This document shows, piece after piece, positions 1-8,769 of a stretch of DNA of 64,000 nucleotides (its first letter is position 1; each line of letters starts with the position of its first letter). The DNA is from Planctomycetota bacterium (GTDB lineage: Bacteria; Planctomycetota; UBA8742; UBA2392). The translations under genes were made by a program, and so were the position numbers. The notes beneath the pieces were generated by a model, which had not been told where the DNA came from, searched no databases, and saw nothing but the letters and a program-made list of their open reading frames with translations. The DNA lies in the NCBI GenBank assembly GCA_019636195.1, contig JAHBYA010000001.1:98642-162641 (forward strand), given 5' to 3'.

Positions 1-911
1 TCGGCGCGCTCCATCGAGCGGCGCAGCTGGGCCGAAAACTTTCGCAGCTCAAGGCCCTGCTTGTGAAGCTGCGCGGACTTGTACTGCCGGTTGGCCTGTT
101 CTGTTTCGCGCTCGACGCGAGACACTTGATCAAGCACATCTGCCAGCCGGGCATCGAGCTGGTCCAGCGCATCAGCCGTTTCCTTGCCGGTGCTGCCGCC
201 GCGCTCAATCGTCTCGCGCAGATTGGCGTCGGCCTGTGCCAGGTCCTTGCGCAAACCGTCAAGCCGCGCGATCAGCTCATCCAGGCTGCCCGCCGCGTCA
301 GGCGCCTGTGCAAAGCCCTTGCGCATGCCGTCGTCGGTCTGTTGCAGGTTGTTCAGCAGCCGTTCAACGGCTTCGCGCACCTGCGCCATGGTGTCGCCGT
401 CAAAGAACGCGTGCACCTGGTCAAGCGTGCGGTTGAAACTGTCCAGGCCCTCTTTGGCGACAGTCAGTTCGTCGTCGCTGGAGGCGCCGCGAGTCTTGGT
501 CCATTCGCCGCCCTCCGGCACCAGTTGCGTGCTCTTGCCCATTGCAATCACGAGTTGCGGGCGCCCGAACATGCGCGGCTGGGAAACGGAAATGCGGGTG
601 TCAGCCGGGATGCCCGCGGCCTTCAGCCATTGCGAGCTTGAGCCCGGGCGAATCTCGAACTCAACGCGCACCTTCAGCTTGCCTTCGTGCTGAGCCAATG
701 AGACACCCGTGACTTCGCCCGCGCGCCGGCCTTCGATGCGCACGGCGTCGCCTGCCTCAAGGCCGGCGGCGTCATCAAAGTATGCCACGAACTTGCGCCC
801 CGGTTCCGGCGCCGGCTTCAGCGCGGGCCGCACGACAAACCAGCCCAGCAGGGCAACAATCGCCGCGATTGCCAGCGCACCGGAAATCAGGTTGAGCTTG
901 CGGTCGCTCAT
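1..911 (-). CDS. mlaD: MlaD-like MCE-family protein, partial (N-terminal part; runs off the window start). N-terminus MSDRKLNLISGALAIAAIVALLGWFVV (TM anchor) followed by an MCE domain.
   Basis: Hand translation of the reverse strand from the ATG at 911-909. The ATG overlaps the mlaF stop (ATGA). Gene order is mlaE-mlaF-mlaD. The ORF has no stop inside the window. Confidence 0.7.
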   Translation of the reverse strand, partial: MSDRKLNLISGALAIAAIVALLGWFVVRPALKPAPEPGRKFVAYFDDAAGLEAGDAVRIEGRRAGEVTGVSLAQHEGKLKVRVEFEIRPGSSSQWLKAAGIPADTRISVSQPRMFGRPQLVIAMGKSTQLVPEGGEWTKTRGASSDDELTVAKEGLDSFNRTLDQVHAFFDGDTMAQVREAVERLLNNLQQTDDGMRKGFAQAPDAAGSLDELIARLDGLRKDLAQADANLRETIERGGSTGKETADALDQLDARLADVLDQVSRVERETEQANRQYKSAQLHKQGLELRKFSAQLRRSMERA

Positions 912-1773
912 GCCCCGGCCCCCTGCGCGGTCTGGCCGCGCCGTGAGCCGCCCAGCAGCTTGTCAGAAAGCTCGGCAAGCTGTCGCGGCGCATTGATCGG
1001 CCCTTCCGGGTCGCCGTTAATGAATTGCCGCACCAGCGGGTCCGTGCTGTTACGCAACTGCTGCGGGGTGCCCCGGAATGCAAACCGGCCGCCGAACAGC
1101 ATCATCACCTCGTCGGCAATCCGGAAGATGCTGGGCATCTCGTGGGTAATCACAACCGCCGTGATGCCCAGCTTGTTGGTCAGGTCCATGATCAGTTTGT
1201 CAATCACGCCGATCATCACCGGGTCAAGGCCCGCGCTGGGCTCGTCGTAAAACACAATCGCAGGGTCGAGCGCGATGGCGCGCGCCAGCCCGGCGCGCTT
1301 CTTCATACCGCCGCTGATTTCGTAGGGGTACTTGTCGGCTGCGCTGCCCATGCCGACGAGCTCAAGCTTCAACTTGACCATCAGGTCGATCGTGCTCTTG
1401 GGCAGGTCGGTGTGGCGCTGGATCGGCAGGGCTACGTTTTCGGCAACAGTAAGGCCGTTCAGCAGCGCCGCGCTCTGAAACAGCACGCCGAACTTGCGGC
1501 GCGCTTCGTCGCGCACCTTGCGGTCGTTACTGTGCATGTCAACGCCATCGATCAGCACCTCGCCGTTGTCGGGTGTCTCGGCGCCGATCAGGTGGCGCAG
1601 CAGCGTGCTCTTGCCGCAGCCGCTGGGGCCCATGATCACGTACACTTTGCCGCGCTCAAGCTCAAAAGACAGGTTCTCCAGCACTACCAGGTCGCCGTAG
1701 CGCTTGGACAGGTTGCGCACGACGATGGCGGGGCCCTCGCCGCTGAGGCCGCTGTCGCGCCCGGGGTTGGGCA
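908..1773 (-). CDS. mlaF: Phospholipid ABC transporter ATP-binding protein MlaF (Walker A GPSGCGKST). The track ORF runs to 2044, but the true start is probably a TTG/GTG near the mlaE stop (~1773-1797).
   Basis: Strong similarity to MlaF/MKL-family ABC ATPases. The N-terminal ~90 codons of the track ORF overlap mlaE in another frame and are not ABC-like. Confidence 0.8.
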
Positions 1774-1794
1774 AGTTTGTCTGCGCGCCGCCGC

Positions 1795-2616
1795 TCAATC
1801 CACGATCCCCATCTTGACCAGGAAGTTGTAAACCATCGACAACACGAAGTCCGAGAAGATCAGCAGGATCAGGCAGATCACAATTGCCTGCATCGTGGCA
1901 CGGCCGACTTCCATGCCGCTGCCCCGCACCGTGAAGCCCTTGAAGCAGCAGACCAGCGTGATGATCATCGCGAACACAACGCTTTTGCAGATGCCGAACG
2001 TGAAGTTCGACATGGTCACGAAGCGATGCGTCACGTCCATCCACGCATCATGCGGAATCCCGAAGTTGTACACCCCGACCAGATACCCGCCCACCAGCGC
2101 TGACAGGTCAAACAGCACAGTGCAGGCGGGCAGCATCAGCACTGCCGCCATGAAGCGCGGCGCGACGAGATAGCCAACGGGATGAATGCCCATCGTGTCC
2201 AGCGCCTGAATTTCTTCGCTGACTGCCATTGTGCCAAGTTCGGCTGTGTAGCCCGCGCCCACGCGGCCGGCAAAGATGATCGCGGCCAGCAGCGGTCCCA
2301 AAGTGCGCAGCACGGACACGCCCACCACGCCTGCCACCAGCTCGGCGGGGCCGTACTTGGAAAGCGACGGCGTTGTCTGCAGGACCAGCGAACCCCCGAC
2401 GAGAAAGCCAAGCAGCACCATGATCACGGTGCTGCGCGCGCCGGTGTAATCCATCTGCACGATGAGTTCGTGACGCGGGTAGATGCGCTTGTTGAAGATG
2501 CCCTTCACGCCAAAGCCGATGGCTGCGCCGCCAAAGCGCATGGCCGCGCCCAGGGTCGAGACATGGCCATTGACCCACTTGCCGAAACCCGCAATCAAGT
2601 CCGCAGCAACCGACAT
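1795..2616 (-). CDS. mlaE: Phospholipid ABC transporter permease MlaE
   Basis: 273-aa polytopic membrane protein with MlaE-family conservation (…RFGGAAIGFGVKGIF… EEIQALDTMGIHPVGYLV…). Lies upstream of mlaF. Confidence 0.85.
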   Translation of the reverse strand: MSVAADLIAGFGKWVNGHVSTLGAAMRFGGAAIGFGVKGIFNKRIYPRHELIVQMDYTGARSTVIMVLLGFLVGGSLVLQTTPSLSKYGPAELVAGVVGVSVLRTLGPLLAAIIFAGRVGAGYTAELGTMAVSEEIQALDTMGIHPVGYLVAPRFMAAVLMLPACTVLFDLSALVGGYLVGVYNFGIPHDAWMDVTHRFVTMSNFTFGICKSVVFAMIITLVCCFKGFTVRGSGMEVGRATMQAIVICLILLIFSDFVLSMVYNFLVKMGIVD

Positions 2617-2760
2617 AGGGGGCGCAGGTTACAGCAGGCGGCGGGCAGGGGATAGGTGGTGTGTTCAGGCTTGTTCGATGGGTCGGGATGTTACGGCAAG
2701 CAGGACGCAACTTCCCGGTGTATGGACAATTGCGACTTTCCCGGTCGGCCCGGCTGTTGC

Positions 2761-3279
2761 ATGATCCTGCCAATGCTGCGCCCGACCGATCCGCCTGCCA
2801 ACCGCCTGCTTTCGCCGCCCGTCCTGCTGGGCAGCCTGTTGCTGGTGGGGTTTGCGCCGTTTGCGCGGGGTACGTTCGGCAGCATCGTTGCATCCGGCTT
2901 GGCGCTGATCCTGCTGTTGTTTGACCTTCCACACACTGGCATCTGGCTGCCCATCGCTGCGGGGTTTGCGCTTCTGAGCTGGTTGACAGGGCGGGCCGTG
3001 TTGCGTGACCGCAAAATGGGCAACGACCCGGGGTGGTTTGTCCTGGATGAAGCCGCAGGGGTGTTTTTGGTTCTGGCGCTGATAGGGGCGGGTACTCCCT
3101 TGGACATTCTTGCAGGGTTACTAACATTTCGTCTTTACGACATTGCTAAGCCGTGGCCTGTTCGGGTTTTCGAACAGATGCCGGGCAGCTTAGGGATACT
3201 GACAGACGACCTTGCTGCCGCGGTGTTCGCGGCATGGACAGTGTGGGCAGTGCGAGCAGCGATGCCCGGATTGACCTGA
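2761..3279 (+). CDS. pgpA: Phosphatidylglycerophosphatase A (PgpA family)
   Basis: Motifs GTFGSIVASGLALILLL, DEAAGVFLVLALIG and LLTFRLYDIAKPWPV are typical of PgpA. The ATG at 2761 (MILPMLRP) gives about 172 aa; the track ORF starts further upstream at 2656. Confidence 0.75.
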   Translation: MILPMLRPTDPPANRLLSPPVLLGSLLLVGFAPFARGTFGSIVASGLALILLLFDLPHTGIWLPIAAGFALLSWLTGRAVLRDRKMGNDPGWFVLDEAAGVFLVLALIGAGTPLDILAGLLTFRLYDIAKPWPVRVFEQMPGSLGILTDDLAAAVFAAWTVWAVRAAMPGLT

Positions 3280-3287
3280 AAGCACGC

Positions 3288-5540
3288 ATGGCAGGCAAAC
3301 CCCAACAAGGCGGCAACACACCACCCGGGACCAACCGGCGCATGATGACGCCGCCGCCACCGGGCCAGGCCCGCAAGTCAACCGGCACCACGCCGGCGAT
3401 CAAGTCGTCGGGCCAGTTGCCGACGGTCGGCGGCCCGCAAGTCGCTGCACCGCCCGCGGCTGCCGGCCCCGGTCGCGCCGCGCCTGCGCCGGCTGGCCCG
3501 CCGCAGCGGCGCAGCAAGCCAAAGACACAGGGCATGCCGATCAAGACCAAGATCGTGCTTGCCATGAGCAGCCTCGCGGTCGGCGTGTCGCTGCTGATTT
3601 TCCTGATCGTCATGCTTATCGCTACCACCGCGCTTGAAAGCACGATCCAGCAGGCGGGCGTGGGCATGTTGCAGCAGGCGGAGGCGATCCACCGCCCGTA
3701 CCGCGCCGGCTTGAATGAAAAGGGCTTGATTGCGTACTTCGGCCAGCCGGCCAACCGCGAGAAGTTCGACAAGTACTGGCAGCAAATGGAGTGGGACGAG
3801 CGTGCCAAGCGCGGCAGCTTTCACGCGCGAATCCCGGCGTGCCGCGAGTTCGCGAACTGGGAGCAGTTCAAGGAAGACCGGGTGTGGGTGCTTGTGGCCG
3901 GCAACATACTGGACAACCCCCGCGACCTGAACCTTTCGGATGCTGCGCGCGAAGAGGCCATCAAGTTCGAAATTCTCGGCGAAGGCTGGGCCGAGTTGCG
4001 CGACCTGAAACCGAACCAAAGGGCCAGTGCCCCCAACGCGCCGCGGCGCATCAACAAAGCGGCGATGGAGCGCTACAAGTCGTACTTCAGCAAGCTGTTT
4101 CGAGACAACGGGCTGGATGCGGGCTCGGACAAGTTTGAGCGCCTGAAGGCACGCATTGACCAGGACACGGAAAACCGCCTGATTGAAGGCCCGCAGGGCC
4201 TGCGCAAGACGATCTTCCGCTTCTTCCAGGAAGACTTCGTCAAGGACCTTGAAGAGCTGACCACGGCCGATGACAGCCAGGTTCGCTTCATCTTCTTTCA
4301 GATTCCGGACGATACCCTGCCTCGGTTCCGGACTGAGGAGTTGAACGTGGTAAGCCCGCGTCCGCGCGAAAATCGCGAACTTGAACGGCTGGCTTCCAGC
4401 GACGTGGTCACCAAGGGTGACGTCAGCATCGACCGCGGGGCGTTTATCGGCGGCGTCGCGGCATACAGTTTCTCGAAGAGCCTGAGCCCGGGCGAGTCGA
4501 TCTCCATCTACCTCGACCGCGAACAGATCCAGTCGCGCAAGCAGGCGTTGATCTGGTCGATCCTCGGCATCTCGTTCGTCGGCATCGGGCTTAGCATTGC
4601 GTTGGCATTCCTGATCGGCGGCAGCATCACCAAGCCGCTGCAAACGCTGATGACCGACATTGAGATCATCAGCGGCGGCAACTTTGACCACCGCCCGATG
4701 GCCCGCAGCAGCGACGAGATCGGCATTGTCTCGCGGCTGCTGGGCGACATGGCCGCCGGGTTGAAGGAAGCGCAGAAGGTGTGGCTTGAGAACCAGGGGC
4801 GCAAGCACGACCTGGACATCGCCAAAGAGATTCAGGAAAACCTGCTGCCCAAGCATGTGCCGCGCATCGCGGGCTACGACGTAAGCGCGTACTACTCACC
4901 CAGCAAGGAAGTGGGCGGCGACTACTACGACTTCTTCCTCGTGGACAAGACACACTTGGGCATGATCTGTGCCGACGTGTCGGGCAAAGGCATCCCCGGC
5001 AGCATGGTCATGATGATGGCCAAGGCGCTGGTCAGCTATGAGGCGCAGGACAACCTGAGCCCGCGCGACATTTTCTGCAAGGTCAACCGCACGCTGGCCA
5101 AGGACATCAAGCGCGGCATGTTCGTTACCGCGTTCTATATGCTGCTGGATATTCCCACTGCGCGGCTTACAGTCGCCAGCGCGGGCCACAACCCGCTGCT
5201 GCTGTACCGCGCAGCCACCAAGCAGTGCATTGAAGTCAACCCGGGCGGCATTGCGCTGGGCTTTGACAAAGACGGCCGCCTGTTTGAACGCAACATGAAG
5301 GAAGAAGTGATCCAGTTGCAGCGCGGCGACCGCGCCGTGATCTACACCGACGGCGTAACGGAGGCCATGAGCCCGACGAACGAGGAGTTCGGCGAGCAGC
5401 GCATGCAGGCAATCACGATCCAGTGCGCAGGCAAAACCAGCGCCGAGTACCTGACCACGCTGGTCAACGCGATCCAGGGTCACGCCCAGACCGACGACCA
5501 GCACGACGACATCACGATCGTCACCTTGAAAGTAGGATAA
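3288..5540 (+). CDS. Membrane-bound PP2C-type serine phosphatase (SpoIIE/RsbU family) with an N-terminal TM anchor, a ~280-aa periplasmic region, a second TM, a HAMP domain and a C-terminal PP2C domain. An alternative start at 3534 (MPIKTKIVLAMSSLAV…) would remove a Pro/Ala-rich N-terminal tail.
   Basis: HAMP-like LIGGSITKPLQTLMTDIEIISGGNFDHR…DEIGIVSRLLGDMAAGLKEA. PP2C motifs GGDYYDFF, CADVSGKG, GHNPLLLY, TDGVTEA and DDITIVTLKV. Confidence 0.75.
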   Translation: MAGKPQQGGNTPPGTNRRMMTPPPPGQARKSTGTTPAIKSSGQLPTVGGPQVAAPPAAAGPGRAAPAPAGPPQRRSKPKTQGMPIKTKIVLAMSSLAVGVSLLIFLIVMLIATTALESTIQQAGVGMLQQAEAIHRPYRAGLNEKGLIAYFGQPANREKFDKYWQQMEWDERAKRGSFHARIPACREFANWEQFKEDRVWVLVAGNILDNPRDLNLSDAAREEAIKFEILGEGWAELRDLKPNQRASAPNAPRRINKAAMERYKSYFSKLFRDNGLDAGSDKFERLKARIDQDTENRLIEGPQGLRKTIFRFFQEDFVKDLEELTTADDSQVRFIFFQIPDDTLPRFRTEELNVVSPRPRENRELERLASSDVVTKGDVSIDRGAFIGGVAAYSFSKSLSPGESISIYLDREQIQSRKQALIWSILGISFVGIGLSIALAFLIGGSITKPLQTLMTDIEIISGGNFDHRPMARSSDEIGIVSRLLGDMAAGLKEAQKVWLENQGRKHDLDIAKEIQENLLPKHVPRIAGYDVSAYYSPSKEVGGDYYDFFLVDKTHLGMICADVSGKGIPGSMVMMMAKALVSYEAQDNLSPRDIFCKVNRTLAKDIKRGMFVTAFYMLLDIPTARLTVASAGHNPLLLYRAATKQCIEVNPGGIALGFDKDGRLFERNMKEEVIQLQRGDRAVIYTDGVTEAMSPTNEEFGEQRMQAITIQCAGKTSAEYLTTLVNAIQGHAQTDDQHDDITIVTLKVG

Positions 5541-5569
5541 GCAACCGGGACGCAGCATAGGGGCAGTGG

Positions 5570-6016
5570 ATGTCGGATTCACACGTAACTGATCGGCTTG
5601 AGGTCGCGGCGCACACCCGCAACCTTGCCGTCGTCCGGGAGTTCCTGCACGCAGCGATCAAGCGCAGCGCGCTGCCGCCGCGCGACGTCAACAAGGTCGT
5701 GCTGGCGGTGGACGAGGCCGTTGCAAACACAATCCAGCACGGGTATGAGGGCCGCAACGACGGGACCGTCGAGGTGCTGATCGACGCCGACGACAAGCGA
5801 TTCACCGTGCGCATCCGGGACAACGGCGTCAGCTACGACTCGGCCAAGGGCAGTGAAGCCAAGGCCAACATTGACATGCAGCAGCACGTGGCGCAGGGCA
5901 ACAAGCGCGGCCTGGGCCTGTTCATCATGCGCAAGGTGATGGATGAAGTTCGCTACACATCGCGCGAGGGCGATATCAACGAGTTGACACTGGTGAAACT
6001 GATCAAGACGGAGTAA
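5570..6016 (+). CDS. Anti-sigma regulatory factor / serine-protein kinase (RsbW/SpoIIAB-like, GHKL ATPase fold)
   Basis: 148 aa with HATPase_c-like motifs (VDEAVANTIQHGY, RIRDNGVSYD, GLGLFIMRKVMDEV). Immediately downstream of the PP2C phosphatase. Confidence 0.7.
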   Translation: MSDSHVTDRLEVAAHTRNLAVVREFLHAAIKRSALPPRDVNKVVLAVDEAVANTIQHGYEGRNDGTVEVLIDADDKRFTVRIRDNGVSYDSAKGSEAKANIDMQQHVAQGNKRGLGLFIMRKVMDEVRYTSREGDINELTLVKLIKTE

Positions 6017-6068
6017 CTGGCGGATCCTTTGCGTCACATGGATCCAGGGCAGGCGGGGCGGGAAGTGC

Positions 6069-6422
6069 ATGAGAGAGTTTGAGATCAACCTTGAAGAGCT
6101 TACGCCGGACGTGACCGTGGTTCACGTCGCCGGGTGGCTTGACGCGCACACATTTGAGTACATGGAACAGGCGATCAGTAACCTGTTCGATGAAGGCAAG
6201 GTGCGCATTGCGGTCAACCTGGCCGACGTCGAGTACGTCAGCAGCGCGGGCGCGGGCGTGTTCATCGGCACGCTCAGCGAAAGCCATGAGCGCGGCGGCG
6301 ACATCGTGCTTATGAACCCCACTGAGCCCGTGCAGGAAGTGTTTGACATGCTCGGGCTGAGTCAGGTCTTCAAGTTTGCGGCCAGCCCGCAAGAGGCGGC
6401 GAAACTGCTGGCCAAGAAGTAG
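6069..6422 (+). CDS. STAS-domain anti-sigma-factor antagonist (RsbV/SpoIIAA-like)
   Basis: 117 aa. DVEYVSSAGAGVFIG contains the conserved phosphorylatable Ser context. Sits in a partner-switch gene context. Confidence 0.75.
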   Translation: MREFEINLEELTPDVTVVHVAGWLDAHTFEYMEQAISNLFDEGKVRIAVNLADVEYVSSAGAGVFIGTLSESHERGGDIVLMNPTEPVQEVFDMLGLSQVFKFAASPQEAAKLLAKK

Positions 6423-6435
6423 GCGGCGGCGCTCA

Positions 6436-6467
6436 GGCGGGCGCCTTGGGGCGCCCGCTTTGCATTT
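6436..6467 (+). terminator. Rho-independent terminator after the partner-switch operon
   Basis: GGCGGGCGCC-TTGG-GGCGCCCGC stem of ~9-10 bp followed by TTTGCATTT. Confidence 0.5.
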
Positions 6468-6538
6468 GGCAAGCAGCCCGCAGCGGGCTAGAAACTTTCC
6501 TTCGTTGCAAGGGGCTCTGAACCCTTGCTGAGAAAGCC

Positions 6539-8170
6539 ATGGCGCGGATTGAGCCGAGAATCCTGAAAGGCTTTCGGGACTACCTGCCCGAAGTGATGAT
6601 TCCGCGCACGCGGCTGTTGCGCCGCATTGCAGACGTGTTTGAGCGCTTCGGGTTTGACCCGCTGGACACGCCCTCAATCGAGTACGCCGAGATCCTGCTT
6701 GGCAAAGCCGGGCCCGAAGCCGAAAAGCTGTTCTATCGATTTGAAGACCAGGGCGGCCGCGATGTCGCCCTGCGCTATGAACTGACGATATCGCTGGCGC
6801 GTGTCGTCGCGCAATACAAGGGCGAGCTACCTCGGCCTTTCAAGCGCTACCAGATGGGCCCCGTATGGCGCGCCGAAAGCCCTGCCCGCGGGCGCTTTCG
6901 CGAATTCTGGCAGTGCGACGTTGATATCGTCGGCACCGACAGCCTGCTGGCCGACGCGGAGTGTCTTGCCGTCGATCATGCCGTGATGCGCGCGCTGAAT
7001 GTGCCGAACTACGTGATCCGCTTCAATAATCGCAAGCTTTTCCGCGGCTTGCAGGCGCGCATCGGCGTCAGCGACCAGGGCGTCATGGACGCGGTAATGC
7101 GCGCGGTGGACAAGTTCGACAAGGTCGGCGAGAAGGGCGTCCGCGAAGAGCTGTTGCAACAGGTCGGCAACGGCGGCTTCACGGATGCGGGCCTGAGTCT
7201 CGTGTTTGACTTTCTGAAGCTGGCCGAGGGTGAATACTCGAACCCGCAGCGCATTGAACAGCTTGCCGCCTTTCTCAAGGGCAGCGAACTTGGCGAGCGC
7301 GGCTGTGCCGAGTTGCGCGAGGTGTACGAGAGCGCGCTGGCGCTGGGTGTACCCGACGAAGCCCTGCGCATTGACCCGACCATTGTCCGCGGCCTCGACT
7401 ACTACACCGGCACAGTGTTTGAAACCTTTCTGCGTGACTTGCCCGGCTTCGGCAGCGTGATGTCCGGCGGCCGCTATGACGGCCTGATCGGCCTGTTTGC
7501 CGGAGAAGAAATCCCCGCGGTAGGCATCAGTGTCGGCATTGACCGGCTGATCAGCGCCCTTGAAGAACTCAAGCTGCTGCCCAAGGGCCAGAGCACAGCC
7601 GCGGTGCTGGTGACTATTTTCGCGCCCGAAACGCAGGGTTACAGCCTGCGGGCGGCCTCAATGCTGCGCAGGGCGGGGGTGCCGACTGAGTTGTACCTCG
7701 ATACCAGGGCCAAGCTGGGCAAGCAGTTGAAGTACGCGGCCAAACGCGGCTTTCCGCTGGTGGTGATCGCGGGGCCGGAAGAAGAGAAAGAAGGCGTGGT
7801 AAGTCTGCGCAACATGGCCAGCGGCGAGCAGATGCGAATCCCGGCCAGCCAGCTGGTACAGGCTGTGCAGGACAACTACGCGGACCCCGACGGCAGGGCC
7901 GGCCGCAGTTGGGACTGGGAGTTTCGCGACGACATGATTGACCGGGTGCCCCAAGTCGGCGGCGTGTATCTGTTGCGTAATGCGCAGCATGAGGTGCTGA
8001 AGTGCGGCTGGGCAGCTTACGGCAAGTTGCCGGAAGCAATTCGCGCCGGCGTCACCCCCGAGCAGCGCGAGCAGGTCAAGACGTTTGACTGGTACGAAGT
8101 CCGCGATGACCGTCTAAGTGAAATGCTGGCGGCATTCATGATCGAGAAGCTGGCGCCGAAGTTCGATTAG
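6539..8170 (+). CDS. hisS: Histidine--tRNA ligase with a ~100-aa C-terminal extension of unknown function
   Basis: N-terminal class-II aaRS motifs and an anticodon-binding domain (…FPLVVIAGPEEEKEGVVSLRNMASGEQ…). The protein is 543 aa against ~420-440 aa for typical HisRS. Confidence 0.85.
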   Translation: MARIEPRILKGFRDYLPEVMIPRTRLLRRIADVFERFGFDPLDTPSIEYAEILLGKAGPEAEKLFYRFEDQGGRDVALRYELTISLARVVAQYKGELPRPFKRYQMGPVWRAESPARGRFREFWQCDVDIVGTDSLLADAECLAVDHAVMRALNVPNYVIRFNNRKLFRGLQARIGVSDQGVMDAVMRAVDKFDKVGEKGVREELLQQVGNGGFTDAGLSLVFDFLKLAEGEYSNPQRIEQLAAFLKGSELGERGCAELREVYESALALGVPDEALRIDPTIVRGLDYYTGTVFETFLRDLPGFGSVMSGGRYDGLIGLFAGEEIPAVGISVGIDRLISALEELKLLPKGQSTAAVLVTIFAPETQGYSLRAASMLRRAGVPTELYLDTRAKLGKQLKYAAKRGFPLVVIAGPEEEKEGVVSLRNMASGEQMRIPASQLVQAVQDNYADPDGRAGRSWDWEFRDDMIDRVPQVGGVYLLRNAQHEVLKCGWAAYGKLPEAIRAGVTPEQREQVKTFDWYEVRDDRLSEMLAAFMIEKLAPKFD

Positions 8171-8173
8171 GGT

Positions 8174-8722
8174 TCAGGCGTTCCAGCGCGCGAGGGCGTC
8201 GGTAACTGCCTGGGCGTGTTCGGGCCGCGTGTACTCGGCATAGCAGGATGGGTCGATTTCCATCAGGTACTCGCCGGCCAGCGGGTTGGCGATGGCGGCT
8301 GCACTGAACTGGCTGATGCGGCGCACCTCGAACGCGAGGCAGGGCTCATCTTTGGGACAGGCGCTGACAACCACGGGATGCTCGTGCAACAGATGCAGCG
8401 CTTGCTTCACGATCCCCGAATCGCGCACAGGGGCAATCTGGCGCAGCAGCACGACGGCGCCTTCTTCACCGGCGCGGGCTCGTTCGCTGAGCATGGCAAT
8501 GAAGTCGTAGGGCGCGACTTCGCGCACTTCGTGGCGCGCCGCGATTGCGAGCGATTCTTCGTCGCCCTGCGGTGTCAGCACGCAGATGTGGTCCGTACCC
8601 GTAAGCTGAAGCGCAATGCGCAGCTGGTGCCCCAGCAGGTTCACGCCGCCGAATTCAAGGCCGCCGCCCGCCTTGCCGTAGCGGGACATCTCAATGCCGA
8701 CCCAAATCGTTTGCTTGGTCAT
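8174..8722 (-). CDS. Hypothetical protein (182 aa). Family not recognised; possibly a Rossmann-like or nucleotidyltransferase-like fold.
   Basis: Protein-like composition, in contrast to the R/A/G/H-rich antisense ORF 8216-8773. Fills the gap between hisS and rimO. Confidence 0.4.
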   Translation of the reverse strand: MTKQTIWVGIEMSRYGKAGGGLEFGGVNLLGHQLRIALQLTGTDHICVLTPQGDEESLAIAARHEVREVAPYDFIAMLSERARAGEEGAVVLLRQIAPVRDSGIVKQALHLLHEHPVVVSACPKDEPCLAFEVRRISQFSAAAIANPLAGEYLMEIDPSCYAEYTRPEHAQAVTDALARWNA

Positions 8723-8769
8723 GGCGCCCTTACCCTACAACGCGCGCCGGCGCCTGCTACCATTCCCGC

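Noticed and set aside
63-1083. Several plus-strand ORFs (63-641, 184-693, 236-436, 709-996) at the window start
   Set aside because: They are antisense to mlaD/mlaF and Arg/Ala/Pro-rich, as expected for the reverse frame of a high-GC gene. The minus-strand frame translates into an unmistakable MCE-domain protein.
1735-1865. Apparent 1-nt offsets between my hand translation of the printed sequence and the ORF-track frames at ~1740 and ~1860 (mlaE/mlaF overlap)
   Set aside because: Most likely my own counting or reading error at line boundaries. The track proteins (MlaE C-terminus, MlaF N-terminal extension) are mutually consistent, so I used track coordinates. Start positions there are given as +/-3 nt and should not be read as a genuine frameshift or pseudogene.
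2108-3127. 339-aa minus-strand ORF spanning the mlaE/pgpA region
   Set aside because: It overlaps the well-supported mlaE and pgpA genes and has an extreme Arg/Ala/Gly/Pro composition. It is a GC-skewed spurious ORF.
3153-3287. Longest-ORF start (3153) for the HAMP-PP2C phosphatase
   Set aside because: It would overlap the pgpA 3' end by 127 nt in another frame. Starts at 3288 or 3534 are more plausible.
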